64,000 nucleotides of DNA. Source: Mytilus californianus. Taxonomy: Eukaryota. Numbering within the stretch: the stretch's first letter is position 1; the number at the start of each line of letters is the position of its first letter. The position numbers and the translations under genes were made by a program. Shown here one piece after another: positions 14,281-28,519 of the stretch. The notes below the pieces were generated by a model. The model ran no database searches and was not told the DNA's origin. It was given only the letters and a program-made list of their open reading frames with translations. The stretch is taken from positions 88,970,001 through 89,034,000 of the forward strand of contig NW_026262723.1 in the NCBI RefSeq assembly GCF_021869535.1. Reading direction: 5' to 3'.

Positions 14281-14975
14281 AGGAGCATTAGCTACGAGAT
14301 ATAAAAAAAATAAAATATGATTTTGTTTTGTTCAATCATTAATGAAAGTGAAATAATAATTCACTTTTAGAAGCCAGTTTGGTTCAGCCAAGTTAACCTT
14401 AAATTTGACAATATAAGATAAGAAACATCACTGATGAATTATTCGCTTGCAAGTGAATAATTCGACCTCATTGAATCCGTATTCGTGTGACCTTCAATTT
14501 AACCCCTTAGCTAGATGTATGTTATGAATTAGGCGTGTTCAGTTATTAAAAGGAAAAGAATGTCAACATTGAAAGTGAAACAAGGGTAAACCATTTGATT
14601 GACTGATTCAATCCACAAAAACTCATTCTTATACAGGTAAAAACGATGATTAACATATATTTTAACCTTAAATATGAAATCAAACAGACCTAGACAGATA
14701 CAATTGCACGAGTTCGCAATCTATTTATATCTATATTTATGTTTATATCGTGTTATATTACCGTCGGCAGTCTTCGGAGGTCACTTCGATGGTTAATTAG
14801 ATGGTGTCTAGACAACAAATACACACGAAATGTTGATACATATTACCGAGCCCATGCATTGTAAATTGATTATTTTAGACTTTTTATAATTTGGATCTAC
14901 GTTTTAGTATGTTATAAATCGAATATGAGAATTTGAGTCAAATCGGTGAACATGAATTTAACAATTAATGCCCCT
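14281..14975. mobile_element. Non-autonomous DNA transposon (MITE) flanked by TTAA, Kolobok/piggyBac-like
   Basis: TTAA at 14277-14280 and 14976-14979. Termini AGGAGCATTA...TAATGCCCCT are inverted repeats. A second copy lies at 50781-51559. Confidence 0.75.
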
Positions 14976-15689
14976 TTAAAATATTTATTTTAATTCCCCA
15001 CCTCGGACTCCCCAAGTAAATCGGGTTAACAGGCTGGATCTCTATAGTAAAATGAAGATAATAGCTTGTATAACCAACACGGTGTTAAGCAATCTTGCCA
15101 ATTCAATGTAAATCCCGTGATTCACAGCAAAATATTTGTATTGAGCAGTTTAAAACTTTACAACTCGGTAAGTAGGTGCTCTATATTATAAATATTAGAT
15201 TAAATTAGTCATTCTACATTTGACATTGGTCTTGTGTGTAAAATATGACAGCTGTGTATTCCAGGAACATGTTTCGTGCGCACTAATATCAGTAATTAAT
15301 CTTTATTTTACAATCACTGGCTTGCGTGGATCCAGGAATTTGATGTTTGGGGGAAAAGGGGTTGCTCCTGAAAATTAGCAATTTGAGGAACTTATTTTGC
15401 CACAAAATTAGCTGTAATTTTATCTTTATTACATTTTATTGTTTAGGGGTCGGGTCGGGCGACAGTTGCGCCCCGTCTGACTGGATCGGCGCCGCTGCCT
15501 GTGCACTGATAATTCTGTAGCTACTATGGTACTAACATGATTTAAATACATTTTGATTGCAAGTTTTCAGTTAAATTAATTGGGCAATTGTACTTAAACT
15601 AAGGCTTCCTCAGGAAAAGTTGAACACCAATGTTTTGTGTATAATTCTGATTATGGGGTTCCAGTTTTTTTTTTAGCAAAAAAGTATTA

Positions 15690-16190
15690 ACAAAAATACC
15701 GAACTCCAAGGTAAATTCAAAAAAGGAGAAGTCCACAAATCATGAAAAACATCAAACCTTAGACTATATCAACCAACGGAACAAATGAAAAACAACTGTC
15801 ATATTCCGACTTGGTAGAGGGATTTTTCGAAGAAAATAGTGGGTTTAAAATGCCATGGTTTTATAGCTAGCTAACTAAACCTTCCACTTGCACGACAGTT
15901 GTTTATAGTTGCGTTATATTGACAAAATTGAGTGAGAAACCAAAACAGACATAATTGGTTAATATGACAATACTAGTAATTAGGATCCATCAGCCAAAAA
16001 TGTGTAAACATACATCACAGACATAAAACACAACTGACTAGAAAATTCAAACAAACATACAAATAAATCTTACAAAGACACCAGCTAAAAAGTTATTGTA
16101 GTTGATAGTCAATCTGAAAAAGACGCTAACAAAAAAGTTTTTGTAATTGATATAAAACATAATGCCGTATTAGAATACACTTTCCCGATA
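15690..16190 (-). mobile_element. Retroelement family C tail fragment
   Basis: Colinear similarity to 17510-18000 and 44384-44750. Confidence 0.6.
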
Positions 16191-17509
16191 GTATATATTA
16201 TCCCTGGCTAGTTGAAAATATCGATAGCAAGTGAAATTCCAATGTTGAAGAGAAACTCCAATACAACTAACATTAAATCTCAAATGGAGCTGCTTAACAT
16301 ACTTAAATTCACAACCCCTCGAAATGGATGAACAATTCACATGCCTTGCAGCAACTATAATTCAGTCCTCGGGTAAAATCTGATCATCTTCAAGGGCAAA
16401 AACAATACGCATCAATAAAACAATATGGAAAGAAGACAAGAAGCCGTAATATACACATACTCAAATGCAACTGGTACTGTTTATATACAACATCCTTTGG
16501 AAGGAGATACATGCAATAAAGAGATGATTACCCTGTCAACACACCTGGTTTTCATCCTTACAAAGATCATTCTGCTACTACTTTTATGTTTGTATAACTG
16601 TACCTTGAGGTTCAATCTTTTTATTCTTTTTTTTTTGTATAAAAGGAATGGCTTTGAACCGGCATTATCTTTATCACCTCTTATTCAGAAGCAAAGCGAA
16701 ATTTAACTTTAATATGTAATAAATGTGCCTGAACTTGGAGACAGTTAAATTAAGCAGTGCCAGTGTATAGTCTATTACCCCAATCTCATCAAAGATTTAA
16801 TGTTTATAATATTTGCAGGTAAAGAGTTACAAGAATTTTCCAAATTACGCAGCTGTGTTCATGTGAATAGAAACAACAACTCCAGAATAGAGTCAGCAAA
16901 TGTAATTAATTTGTAGAATTTCAAGATTAATAGAAAATGCGTTCATTTAGACTTGGTTTGTACACTATAGAAACGCGTTTTGTCTACATAAGGCTCATCG
17001 GTGTCGCTCGAAATAAACAGTTAAAAAGACCAAAAACAATGAAGTTGAAGAGCACCAAAAATTCCGAAAGGTTTTGCTAAATACAGCTAACATAATATAC
17101 TCCTGGTGTAGTACTTCTGAAAAGAGTAAAAGAGATTGCGTACTTAGATGTGACTTTTCCTTCACGTGACCTAAACTTTCATTTTTATCCTGAACATGCA
17201 TGAAATATTTGCAACTGGACATACAGCAAACAACAGTCAATCGTTCATATCTAAAAGGCTGACAATAGAAAGCATGATTATATGTTCAAAAAGTTACAGC
17301 AGTGGGATGAATGATATACCAATCTGTTGAAATTTTTTTAAATTCTAGATTATATTATTTATTTTCGTCATTTACTGTTGGTATACATGATAAAATCCCC
17401 ATATCATTTACACATTACAATATGTGAATATGACTTCTTACAAATACTGTCATTTATTACCGGACACGATACTCGATAGTATAGTATAAAATATCTACCA
17501 AAATAATGA

Positions 17510-19100
17510 ACTAGAGGGTAAATTCAAAAAGGGGAAGTCCATAAAAACTGACAAAATTTAACATTAGACTTTATCAACCTACGGAACAAATGGAAAAAGG
17601 CTGTCATATTTCTGACTTAGTACAAATTTTCCCAAGAAAATGGGGGGGGGGGGGGGGGGGAGTTAAACCTGGTTTTATAGCTAGCCAAACCTCAAACTTG
17701 TATGACAGATGTTTATAGTTCCGTTATATTTACAAAATTTGGTGAGCAACCCATACAGACACAACAGGTTAATATGACAATCATAATTGAGATCCAGCGC
17801 CCAAAACTGTAAACATACATGACAGACACACAACACAACTGACTAAAAAAATTGAAAGAAACATACAAATAAATCTAACAAAGACGCCAACAAACATTTG
17901 TGTAGTATTTGATAGTAAATCTGACCAAAAAAAACAACAAATAGGGATTTGTAGTTGATAGTACATACAGTATCTAGCATACACTTTCTCGATAAAGTAC
18001 AAATTAAGTAAAATATTATATATATGTTGTGTACAAGATGCAAGTTTGTACAAATTATAATTTGTATAGGGTTTTTATACAAGTTATAAGTTTTTTGCAC
18101 CAGATTATAAAAGTTTGTCTTCTAAAATTTATCAGCTTAATGTCTTAAATTCAAGTTTATATACTTCAACCTAACATTTAGTGCCATTCTCCTTGTCCTA
18201 AAACTGGAAGTAAGGACACCTGAATGGTTTAAATTATCATGTAGTCATGGAAATGTGACAGAAATATGCAAAACAAAAGACTGTGTGCTTTTATCATCCA
18301 TGTGTGTTAAGCGGTTCATAAAACACTGATTACTTGTACAAAAATTCTGTACAACATTACAATTTGTACACAACATATACAAAGGTAAACAAAATGAAAA
18401 GAACACTGTAAAAACCGTCCGAATCGCACCTCTAGACCCACATGCACCAGGAACGCCCAAAGCCAAATCCTGATTGCTGGGTGCATAAATACCGAGTAAC
18501 GTCAAGAGTCATACGACCAAAAGGAGCATAAAAGCACAAAGACAAATAAAGGAAAAACTTTAAAGTAAATAAAAATCTACACAACTTCAGCACCTAGAAT
18601 CTATTACTCAAGACCATATTGTATTATTTGTGAAGTAGACATTGAATGTTTATCTACTAGGTATGGGTACTTTCCTATGAACTTTTTGAGAAATAGACGA
18701 GACGTTCTTCGACAAAAACTCTGGCTCATTAATTTTTTGCTCAGACACTGATGACGTTTTGCAAAGCCTGAGTAGCAGCTGCAAGCTCTTGAATATCGTA
18801 TGGAATCCCGACAAACTGCTGAAAAATTCTACCTCCAAATTCAACAAATATGTTGTCAATGAGAAACTCCAGCATACTGATCACTTGTCCTTCGATGAAG
18901 CATATTTTATTTTTGGGCTCATTTTTAACAAAGTATGCCGAACTATATCCTAAAACAATAAATGTGTAGCGTATGGGACCAGTTCTATGGAAGAATGCAT
19001 TGTGGATTATTTTTTTAGACGGGTTTTCATTCTTTTTATGAGGTATGGTGGTGTAAAGGGTAGAAAAATCCAAGATTTTGAAAGAATTATTTCAGAGAAG
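17510..19100 (-). mobile_element. Decayed, internally deleted Penelope-like RT retroelement (family C)
   Basis: Minus ORF 18741-19073 has RT motifs DFSTLYTTIPH and LEFLIDNIFVEFGGRIFQQFVGIP. A C-terminal ORF remnant (KFIGKYPYLVDKH...) lies near 18610-18690, followed by the dispersed 3' tail. Confidence 0.8.
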
Positions 19101-21345
19101 GACCGAGATTTGAAATTTTCAATAAGTTCTTTTTGAGTTCTCAACATATCACAACATCATTAAGGCAATCACAGAGAACTATAAGATTTGATAAAAAAAA
19201 ACTCGACAGTGAACATTTAATTTGAAATCAGCTTCAAATAACTGTGATAAACTAAGTAAATACTAGTTTGGAGATGAACTATGTCTATGAGATATTCTCC
19301 CATAAATTCATCAGCGAATTAAAACTTTTTTTTTAACAGGCACATTAAGAATGTGGCGTGGTTAAATATGGTTGTGAATGCTCATCCCTTATAAAGTTAA
19401 CACGAAATAGATCTAAGATTGAAAAGTGCAGTATGAAATTATGCAATCGGGACAAAGCAATTCTTTGAGCTACATATTTGAATTAAACATCACTGGACAT
19501 GAAAATATTAGAAAAAAACAAAACGAAAAAAGGAACTGCGAAGATGATTGATAACAACATTCACAAACAAAGAATACACAGACAGAAAAATGTTTTTCTT
19601 AAATCATGTTCACGATCATTTGTCTCAGATTTTTTTTTTTATCCCAAATATCAGATACCAAAGGGGTATTCATACTCATAAATCGCCATTGCAAATATAC
19701 CGATAAACGACCAAACAACAGTATACAAAGCACAGTATAAATCAAAGTACTGAAGTACTGAACATCGGATGACCGCTTGTTCTTGTGGATGGTCACAAGC
19801 ACTTGTCTCAGAAAAAAAAATCACATCTCTATACCTGAAAGTGAGGTTAAGGTACATAGATATATTTTTTTTCTGGGACAAGTTCGTGCGTGGATGATGA
19901 ATGAATGACAGGGAATTCAACCTCACCGTAATAACTATTATATTGTAGTGATACAAATCAGTATACTCTGGTTTGTTGTTATATATTATATTAATATTTG
20001 TATATAACAGTTACATGTATATATAATTTTCATCCATTTGTATATCATTCTATTCTACTATTCTAATAATAGTGCAGTGCAAGTGCATGGTGGACACTCT
20101 TCTGTAATAATTCGATTTTTCTAATAGATTGGATTTGAGTAGGCATTCATATTTTCTCGCAAAACGTTCTAGAGATATTCTTCCGCATGCGTTAACACAA
20201 ATTTTCGGCATTCTTGATTTGTTATTGATATATATATTTCTCACGACAAAACATTTTCATATCATTTATCTATGTTCTTAAAAATTATTTTCATGAATAT
20301 TTATTGATGAAATTGATATCTAACAAGCGATAAGGAATGTTATTTTGCGTTCGGTTATCAGTCAAAAACGAAAGTCACGTGGGTAGAAATGTCTGTGGCA
20401 ACAATACACCGGAATGCCATCACGGTCATCCGATGTAGAAATTAAAGTCTGAGCAACACGAACCCCTCCAAAAATATTTGTTAAAAAGATGACATATTTC
20501 TATAGTACAGTTGTGTTACTCATGAACACGGAGCATATTTGAATCAAATTAACGTATTTCTTTTGTTAAATTAGATATGAGCCACAGCCTTGCTGTAAAA
20601 CAGCTTAATGTAGAATATCTATTTAGTAAAGGATTGATTGATTGATTGTTGCTTGCTTAACGTCCAGTGGTAAAATTATTTCATGCATATTTAAGACGCC
20701 GAGAGAACAAATTAACAATCATACATAAGGTAGGTTCTTCATAGTATGTCGACTGGGATGAAGGACGGTGAATTTGAACTTGCAACTGGAAAATGAGAGT
20801 ATGTGTCATAGGAGCAGACATTTTGTCTTGCATCAGGACATCAACTGACTTCCAAGAGTTATTGCAAGGGGTCTTCAATGTCTATTCCGACCGGACATGG
20901 CCTTGAATTTACACATCCCGCACAGCCCTAAGTCAGCAAAGGCTTTACTGCCGGACGGGAGAAGAACATGGATGACCATATTTCTATATCAGAGTCAATC
21001 CTTGTGGTTTTAAGAAGGGATGTTGCTAAAATCAGATCTAAAAATGTGACAACTTTAGTTATTTCTATTCCACGAATTTCGAAGGCCTTAGCAAATATTT
21101 AACCCACTTTTGTTATATCATTTTGCTTTATCTGAAAGATATGTAACTTGTGAACATCTGACGTATGTCATTTGAAAGATTTACAATGAGTTGTGATTGT
21201 AGAACTCACGGTTTCAAAAAAGTGGCCTTAACTTAATTGCTTCTTCTTAACTTCCCGTAACTTGGTAGAAGTATTTAAAGACAGTTTGGCCTGTGTATTA
21301 CTGTAGTGTTTATCTTTTACCAAACTATTCTTCCATATATTGCAG

Positions 21346-22449
21346 TCTGAAAATTTTGACTACTCCATTAGTAAAGTTATAAATGATAGATATCGACATC
21401 AGCTTTCACAGTGTCAAACTTTGGAAAATATAGAGATTAAAACATCAGAGAGAATGTTTCGTCGTCAACTACAACCAAACACAGCTCATAAATTCATTTA
21501 CTGTGGGATAGAAAAGGCCGGATCAACATTCTGGAGACGTTTACTTCAATATATACAGCTAAGCAAAGTACAAACACCTTATCGAATAAGACCAGAATTA
21601 GCAAATGCTTACTATGTGGATATATCTAAATCAAACCTATTGGAAGTGCTAGGTGTACTGAAGTCATTTACAAAATTTATATTTGTGAGAAATCCCTATA
21701 CAAGGTTACTATCTGGTTTTATTGACAAAATATACTCTCCAAATCCGTATTACTGGAACAAGATAGGCATGAATGCCATCAGCTTAGCAAGGGGAATAAC
21801 AAATGCATGTGGACATGATGTATCTTTTAAAGAATTTGTAGAGTACATTATTCATTCCAATAATAATCCGAAGAGCAGACGTGACGTTCATTTTATTCCA
21901 GCACACCAATTGTGTCTTCCTTGTTACATACAATATGATTTCATTGGTAAAATAGAATCATTTGAAAAAGATGTTTTGTTCATACTGGAGAAACTAAATT
22001 TAACACAATATCTACCGGTTTTAAGAAATTTTAAAAACCAATCGGTCTTTGATGCTTTGTATGATGTAAGTCACACTTTTATAGAGTTCAGAAAAGAAGC
22101 TTCAAAATGTTTAAGCTACGAGGAGAGTCTCAAAAGAACATGGCGTAAGCTACAGTTAAGAGGAATAATCGCGGATGAAATTAATTTGCCTTTTCCCTAT
22201 AAAGAGTCAGAAAATATTACAGAAGAGAAATTATTATTAACTTTTATCAATGCAAATAAGCAGTCACAAACATTTGACCTGCGATCACAAAAACGAAAAT
22301 ATCTTATTGATGCTTTTAGTACACTTTCTTTACAGACTTTAGATAAATTAGCAGATGTCTTTATGATAGATTTTAAAATATTTGATTATAATATATACCC
22401 TTCCTTTATATTCCAGAACAAAAATATTTCGAGTCAGGACATATTTTAG
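21346..22449 (+). CDS. Carbohydrate sulfotransferase (Sulfotransfer_2 / CHST11-like), catalytic coding exon; N-terminus not resolved
   Basis: PAPS 5'-PSB motif IEKAGSTFW, 3'-PB motif FVRNPYTRLLSGF, DVHFIPAHQLCLPC, YDFIGKIESF and Y/F..DF..FDY tail. Likely acceptor TTGCAG| at 21345; an in-frame stop sits at 21304. Confidence 0.85.
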   Translation, partial: SENFDYSISKVINDRYRHQLSQCQTLENIEIKTSERMFRRQLQPNTAHKFIYCGIEKAGSTFWRRLLQYIQLSKVQTPYRIRPELANAYYVDISKSNLLEVLGVLKSFTKFIFVRNPYTRLLSGFIDKIYSPNPYYWNKIGMNAISLARGITNACGHDVSFKEFVEYIIHSNNNPKSRRDVHFIPAHQLCLPCYIQYDFIGKIESFEKDVLFILEKLNLTQYLPVLRNFKNQSVFDALYDVSHTFIEFRKEASKCLSYEESLKRTWRKLQLRGIIADEINLPFPYKESENITEEKLLLTFINANKQSQTFDLRSQKRKYLIDAFSTLSLQTLDKLADVFMIDFKIFDYNIYPSFIFQNKNISSQDIF

Positions 22450-22456
22450 TTTGATA

Positions 22457-22457
<1 letters not shown>

Positions 22458-22502
<45 letters not shown>
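22458..22502. repeat. (TA)n microsatellite just after the sulfotransferase stop
   Basis: Direct reading of the sequence. Confidence 0.95.
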
Positions 22503-22508
<6 letters not shown>

Positions 22509-25352
22509 GTTTATTGTTTTCTGTTTGGTATTAAATTAATATTAAGATCCATTTTGATACATCTGGTGATCAATTTTTTTGGCAATCGCCAATGGCAGTC
22601 AGCAATAACCATCATTTAAAATAGGATGAATATATGATTTCTTGATGTTATTTTTATCTGTTTTGGTTTGAAATATTAAAAGGGTGAATCAAATGTCAAA
22701 ACTAGAATTTTTTTAGCACTCCTGTTTCAATTGATATAGCTACAAGTTATAATTTAGATTTACATTCATCATGGCTGCAAACAGAGAGATACCCTTTGTG
22801 CAAAACATAATACGATTCGATAGGATCATGTCTTGCTGAGTAAAATTAACTTTATTATTGGACTGAAACTACAAATTTTACACACTTCACAGAACAGTTT
22901 TAATATTGTGAACAATTCGTGCGACTGGCGCACACCTCATTTTATCCTAGAGCAATAACTTTGTATTAAAATAACGGACTCGGTGTCGCAGAAGTAACGA
23001 GTTTCTCTATGGCATCCTTTAATGGAAGAGAAGTCATAGTTGTCAAGTTGTTAGAATGACACTTAGGAAACAATTCAAATACTGTTTAAAGAAATAAACA
23101 TATTGATTGTAGAAATTTCCCCTGAAATGAAAAGTAAATGTCTGAAACACAGTTAAACTTTGATTTCTTTTTCTACAATTCATAATTTTGATTTAACCAG
23201 AATCATTTGAAATGTTTAGGATAAAATGTAGATTTAAAGCATGCAAATACATACCACGATTTATCTAAATTCAAATGATAGAAAATATGTCTAAAGAAAT
23301 TTAAAAAAATGAGTCATCAGTCTTTAGAAAAAGTGATAAATAAGTACATTGCCAAATCAACAGTAATATTAGAAATCCCCTTATAAATGCAATTAAAACC
23401 CATTATCCTAATTTTTACCAGCTTGACTCAAACTCTAAACTTAAAACTATTTTAGATCCCAATAAAGATATTTTGTCTAGTGTTGTAGGCTATAGAAAGC
23501 AATCCATGGAATTGCGAAAATAAGGTCCACATTGGTCAATTATCTATATACCTATATATATATATTAATATTAACTTGACTTGTTTACCACTTTTTTCAT
23601 GTATTGTATGTTTCTTGTGTATATTATGCTTGCATTTTAACCGTCAGGGTTTTACTTTTTGCAATAAAGTATATATAAAGTAGAGAGATGGCCAGTGAGA
23701 GAGGAATGCCAATACGGCGCAATACCGATGTGGCAATCCTACATATATGACCGCATATAATTAATTTAAAACGTACAAAAACAGGTTTGTCTCTTTGATA
23801 TGTTTTGTACAAAATATGTTCATTTGATATTACGTCAGATTTAGTTATGAAAAATTATTAATACATGGAATAACTAATTAATTTTTATGTTTATTGGACG
23901 TTTTGCCCTTTTTATGTCATTCATATCTATAATCACAATTCCAGTTTAAATTCACACTTTTGGTGATAAACCGATATGCAACTTCAAAGAATTATTGTAA
24001 TTTTTTTGTTATCTAATATAATATAGATTTTTATCTTTACCTGAAGGAGTTGTAAATTTTAAACCTCCCCCAGGTAAGTGACGTTCTTATCTCATCAAAA
24101 CTATCTGTTGACCATTCTTCTGCTAAATTGGACCAATATAAAAAATAATTAGGCAATTACTATTTTTAAAAGTGCATAATATTTTAAAATACCGTTTTCA
24201 TTCATATATTCTCAATAGAATTGACTTAACACCCTTTTTTCACTGACACGTTGATATTATAATTGTTGATATATTTATTACTTAAAGTATTAAATTATTG
24301 TAAGATTCACATTAAAAAATTATTTTCGAAATATTGAAACAGCACCTGCATTGACAATCATTGCAATAATTGTACATGTCAGTTAGTGCTTCTGTATAAA
24401 CGTTTTATAAAATGTTTACGTCAGAACATCGGAAATTACCACTATATTCAAAAGTTCCTGTAGTCAGTATTCAAGAAAGATCAGTGAAAGTTGAGTTTAC
24501 TTGTATGAATGCAAGACAAAGCTGTAATCGATTGCTAAAACTCTTCTATTTTATTTTAAGTACGAACTGCAAACAAAACAAAATAAAACAAACAACGTGC
24601 GTATGATAATAATACATAGTAAATAAGAAAACAAAAATGCTACAAAACAAACAATTACATCATAAACAATTGTTACAATATCGACACCCTGATCTTGTAA
24701 CATTAAAGCGAACAGACAAACTAAAAATTATTGTAAAAAGGAAATAGATAACTTTTTTTCGATTTCATAAAACAGGCCTTGTAATTTTACACTGCTGACG
24801 AAAGCCTTACTTATGATCAATGCAAAGGTATATCGTTGTTATGAAATTCAAATATTGAACCATGAACTAATTGACACAATATTAACGGATTGTGTTAACT
24901 TTTCTTCTCTGGTCCACTTGTATTGTTTTCTGAACAGAAACTGACACCGATACACCTGCCCTGGGTCAATTATAAGGTATTGTTTTATATGCATATAATT
25001 GACATTGAAATTAAAATAAAACTGCCAGTGTTAAATTTGTACATCATTATCAATTAAAGTGACATCAATCTTAACAACTACCCCTAACGGACAGGATAAA
25101 TTTCATAGACATTTTAACTGCTCGCTCAAACGACACATTTTATGAATGAGTTGTTATACGATCTGATTTGAATAAAGCATGGATTTTAAACTGCATTAAA
25201 TCTTTAGCTTCTTCGATTGTCATAATTTAACCCTTGTGTTTCCGCAGGGCAAATCTTCATTTGTCCAAATAAAGCGCGATACGAAACTACAACTAATTAT
25301 TACGGAATTATTTCGCTTAAGATAAAACATCAACTCTGAACTGCTAGTAAAG

Positions 25353-25423
25353 ATGATTCGTTCATACTTATGGATATCTTTATTTACTGTGTGTTCTTTT
25401 AATATTTATACATCCAAATCATG
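25353..25423 (+). CDS. Wnt8: Wnt8 exon 1 (signal peptide MIRSYLWISLFTVCSFNIYTSKSW)
   Basis: ATG at 25353; hydrophobic N-terminus; strong donor TG|GTAAGT, phase 2, matching exon 2 to give W-SLNEIL. Not in the ORF track. Confidence 0.75.
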
Positions 25424-27157
25424 GTAAGTTACTTTGTTCCATTTTTCATATTTCAAAATTAAATATTTGTCACCTATTATAACCATCTATGTGATTATTT
25501 ATTTTAAAGGTTTTTATTTATTAAACTTTTTTTATTGATATATTATTTGATTTGATCTTTCATTCTTTATATTCCTAAACTGGGAATAAATCAATGTTCT
25601 AAAACTATATTGATATTGATTTTTTTCTGTCTTTAAACATTTCGTTTTTGCTTGTTTAATATCTTATTTAAATTTCGTCTTCAACTTGGGCATATCGTAA
25701 GAGGGTTTTCGAGCCTTGTGCTTATATTACAGAGAACATCTGTAACTGACAAGAGTGACTGGTCTCTGATATGGCTTTTCTCCCTAAACTAGTCGAGTTA
25801 TTTTTCTAAACTAGTCTGTCTCTGATAAGACTTATTTTCATTTGACTCTGTCCATTAGACATTCATAGTTTTGTATCATAAACATTATATTAGTATTGTG
25901 AATCTTGGTTTTAATGTATAGTTAGCTGTAATTCAGATTACTTTGCGTTAATTGAGATCATTTGTTGTATTGTTGATTTCAGCATTATTGCTTTACGTTG
26001 TTTAATATTGTGGCTGATTGCTGCCTGCTAGAAATGCGTAGGCATGTTCGTTTCAAATTTGATTTTCGGCATGCCAAACACACTCCAAGAATAATTCGTC
26101 GATAATCTACACAATAGTTGAGGTTTTGCTGGCGATACTTATAATATACTTTTACATATAATGACAGCTCAACGTGTACATATTTGTTAATATAAAATCT
26201 ATATCGATTCGTACTTTTAATGGGTACTTTGTATCAGGCGTTAGCATTGAAAATCGTTTCGCGCATTTTGTCTTTACTTTTTTTAGCTTTTTGTTTTCGT
26301 ATTAAGGATTTCAACTTGGTGAGGATTAATCTGTTGTTCCATCTATGCAGTTTGTGTCATATAAACCTTATGATTTCTAAAAATATATTTTCCATGACTA
26401 CCCATCTGTGATGCCTTGGTATATAGTACTATTATTTTAGATTTCAAAAAAAAAAATCCGGACAGGATGTTAAGATATACGTCCTGTTTCAGTCTTATGA
26501 ACCCTTTTAAAATTTTTTTCTACCATATAATTTCTTGCGACTTGTTGAAAACATATACGGTTGCTGTTATAGTCAAAATAAACGTATTAAGACAGTTACG
26601 TAAACTCGAAGAGATGTTTCATAGTATTATGTAAAGTTGAAGTGGAGCGGCTTTGTCGCAATTTTAAGATTCAACTGGTTTATATTTTATAATCGTAAAA
26701 ACAAAATATTTTTTTTTAATCTTAAGTTTTAGAATAATTAAAGATAAAAATTGCCTAGAGAAAACTTGCTATTGTGGCTAGAATGTAAATTCTATTCGTC
26801 AATTTATATATCAATTTAATATGCAATGAGATGTTCCTTTTAATGCAATAGCGCATGATTATACATAATTATTTATTTTCATTTCAATGCTCGTGATATT
26901 TATTTTGAAGCAACTTTTATATCAATTATTTACCAATTATTTATTATGTATTTTTCAAAATTCTCTTCACCTTCAACCAGATTACAAAAAGACCAGCACA
27001 TTAATATTGTAATTATGTATCCATACAAATTGTTTTAAAGTCGAGTTTAATTCATTAATACAAGAACATTTATTATGTAAATTTTGACAATAAAGTTTAT
27101 TGACAGATTATAATATGACTACAATGTTCTCATTCGTTTTAGATGCTGTTGTTTTTA

Positions 27158-27229
<72 letters not shown>
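27158..27229. repeat. (ATT)n microsatellite, ~24 units, in Wnt8 intron 1
   Basis: Direct reading; explains the poly-N ORF 27108-27368. Confidence 0.95.
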
Positions 27230-27230
<1 letters not shown>

Positions 27231-28235
27231 AGCACTCATAAAATACCTCCTCGCAGACATGTTCAACAATAACAACATATTATTGGACAACTTCTTGCTA
27301 CGTAACGAAACCTGATTTCTAAATAACCTAATAGCACTTACCGTCTCTAATAAAATTTTAATTGTCATCGCTCATGATTCTCCATTTTGAAAGCAAATTG
27401 CATGGCAAAACTTTTAACAAACAAAGCATGTACATATTTAACTTGCCCTTTAAATTGACTTTTTTACTCTGCTTTTACGTGATTTTTTTTTAATAATTTG
27501 TACTTCATGAATTTATTCATTTTGATGGTAACAATATTTTCATGGTGATTTGAAAATTATTTCCTTTTTTTTTAGCGGCCTTAAACTAGACTAGTCATTC
27601 ATAAGCTCAGTTCAAGATTGCTCAAATCCTGTTAGTTTTAGATGACGTTAATTCTATGTCACATTGTCTTATTTTGTCATTGTCCATAACATTGTACTTT
27701 AAATTTCATCTTTTTTATGTCATCTTTTTTATGATGGTGTCCAAACAAATCTTGTTATGTTAAGTATCTCTTCATGGCTGTATTCCAGACAACTGTCCTT
27801 GTCTGCACTTGTTTTGTCATAAAGCCAAATAACTGGTTGGCAGTATATAATTAAGTGCCAGTCTTTGTAAGAATCAGGTAATTTTGAAAAAAATCAAAAC
27901 CTGGCCGAACAAAACCAACCGACCTAACCGTCCTATTTTGAAGTTGCCCTCATCCTGAGTTAGAAATGGTAGGTCTTTCGTTTTTGTGTGTCTGTTAATT
28001 CGAGAAATCTCTAGATAACTTTTAGTTAGAATGATAACAAATTACGGAGTTAGTTCCCCATAATTGTTAATTTCTCGTGCGTTTCAACCAAATTATATCT
28101 TAAATTACCAGAACAGGAAAAGGAAACGAATGTTATATTCGTGCACCATTATACATTTTGAACATAAATAAATGTCAACTTGAGTGGGTTTTAGTTTGTC
28201 ATGTTTTCACCACTGCCTGATTCTAGGGAAGATTG

Positions 28236-28450
28236 GCACTTAATGTCGACTAAAAAAAGAGAGACGATAGCAAAAGAATAATAAAAACCATAGGTCGAAG
28301 AAAATTTGACAACACCGTGACAAAAGCTCACAAAAACACAACACATAAATTAAAAATTGAGCAACACGAACCCCACAAAAAGCGGGGATGCACTCATGTT
28401 CTCTGGAAGGGCAAACAGTTCCTGGTTCACTAATTGCACCCACCGTGTTG
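28236..28450 (-). mobile_element. 3' tail of Penelope-like retroelement family D
   Basis: Reverse complement resembles 42781-43021 and 59800-60030. Confidence 0.6.
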
Positions 28451-28519
28451 AATAAGCTTTAGTTTTTAGAATTTTCTTTTGTTTGCAATGTACATGACTT
28501 TGTCTTTAACAATAATAGT

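Noticed and set aside
16425-16706. ORF with a hydrophobic stretch as the missing sulfotransferase first exon
   Set aside because: Hydrophobic segment is far from the ATG, low-complexity T-rich, and I found no convincing in-phase donor.
24036-24080. Hairpin TTACCTG...CAGGTAA as a pre-miRNA
   Set aside because: About 41 nt with an interrupted stem; too short, and no other support.
27108-27368. Poly-asparagine ORF
   Set aside because: Reverse translation of the (ATT)n microsatellite.
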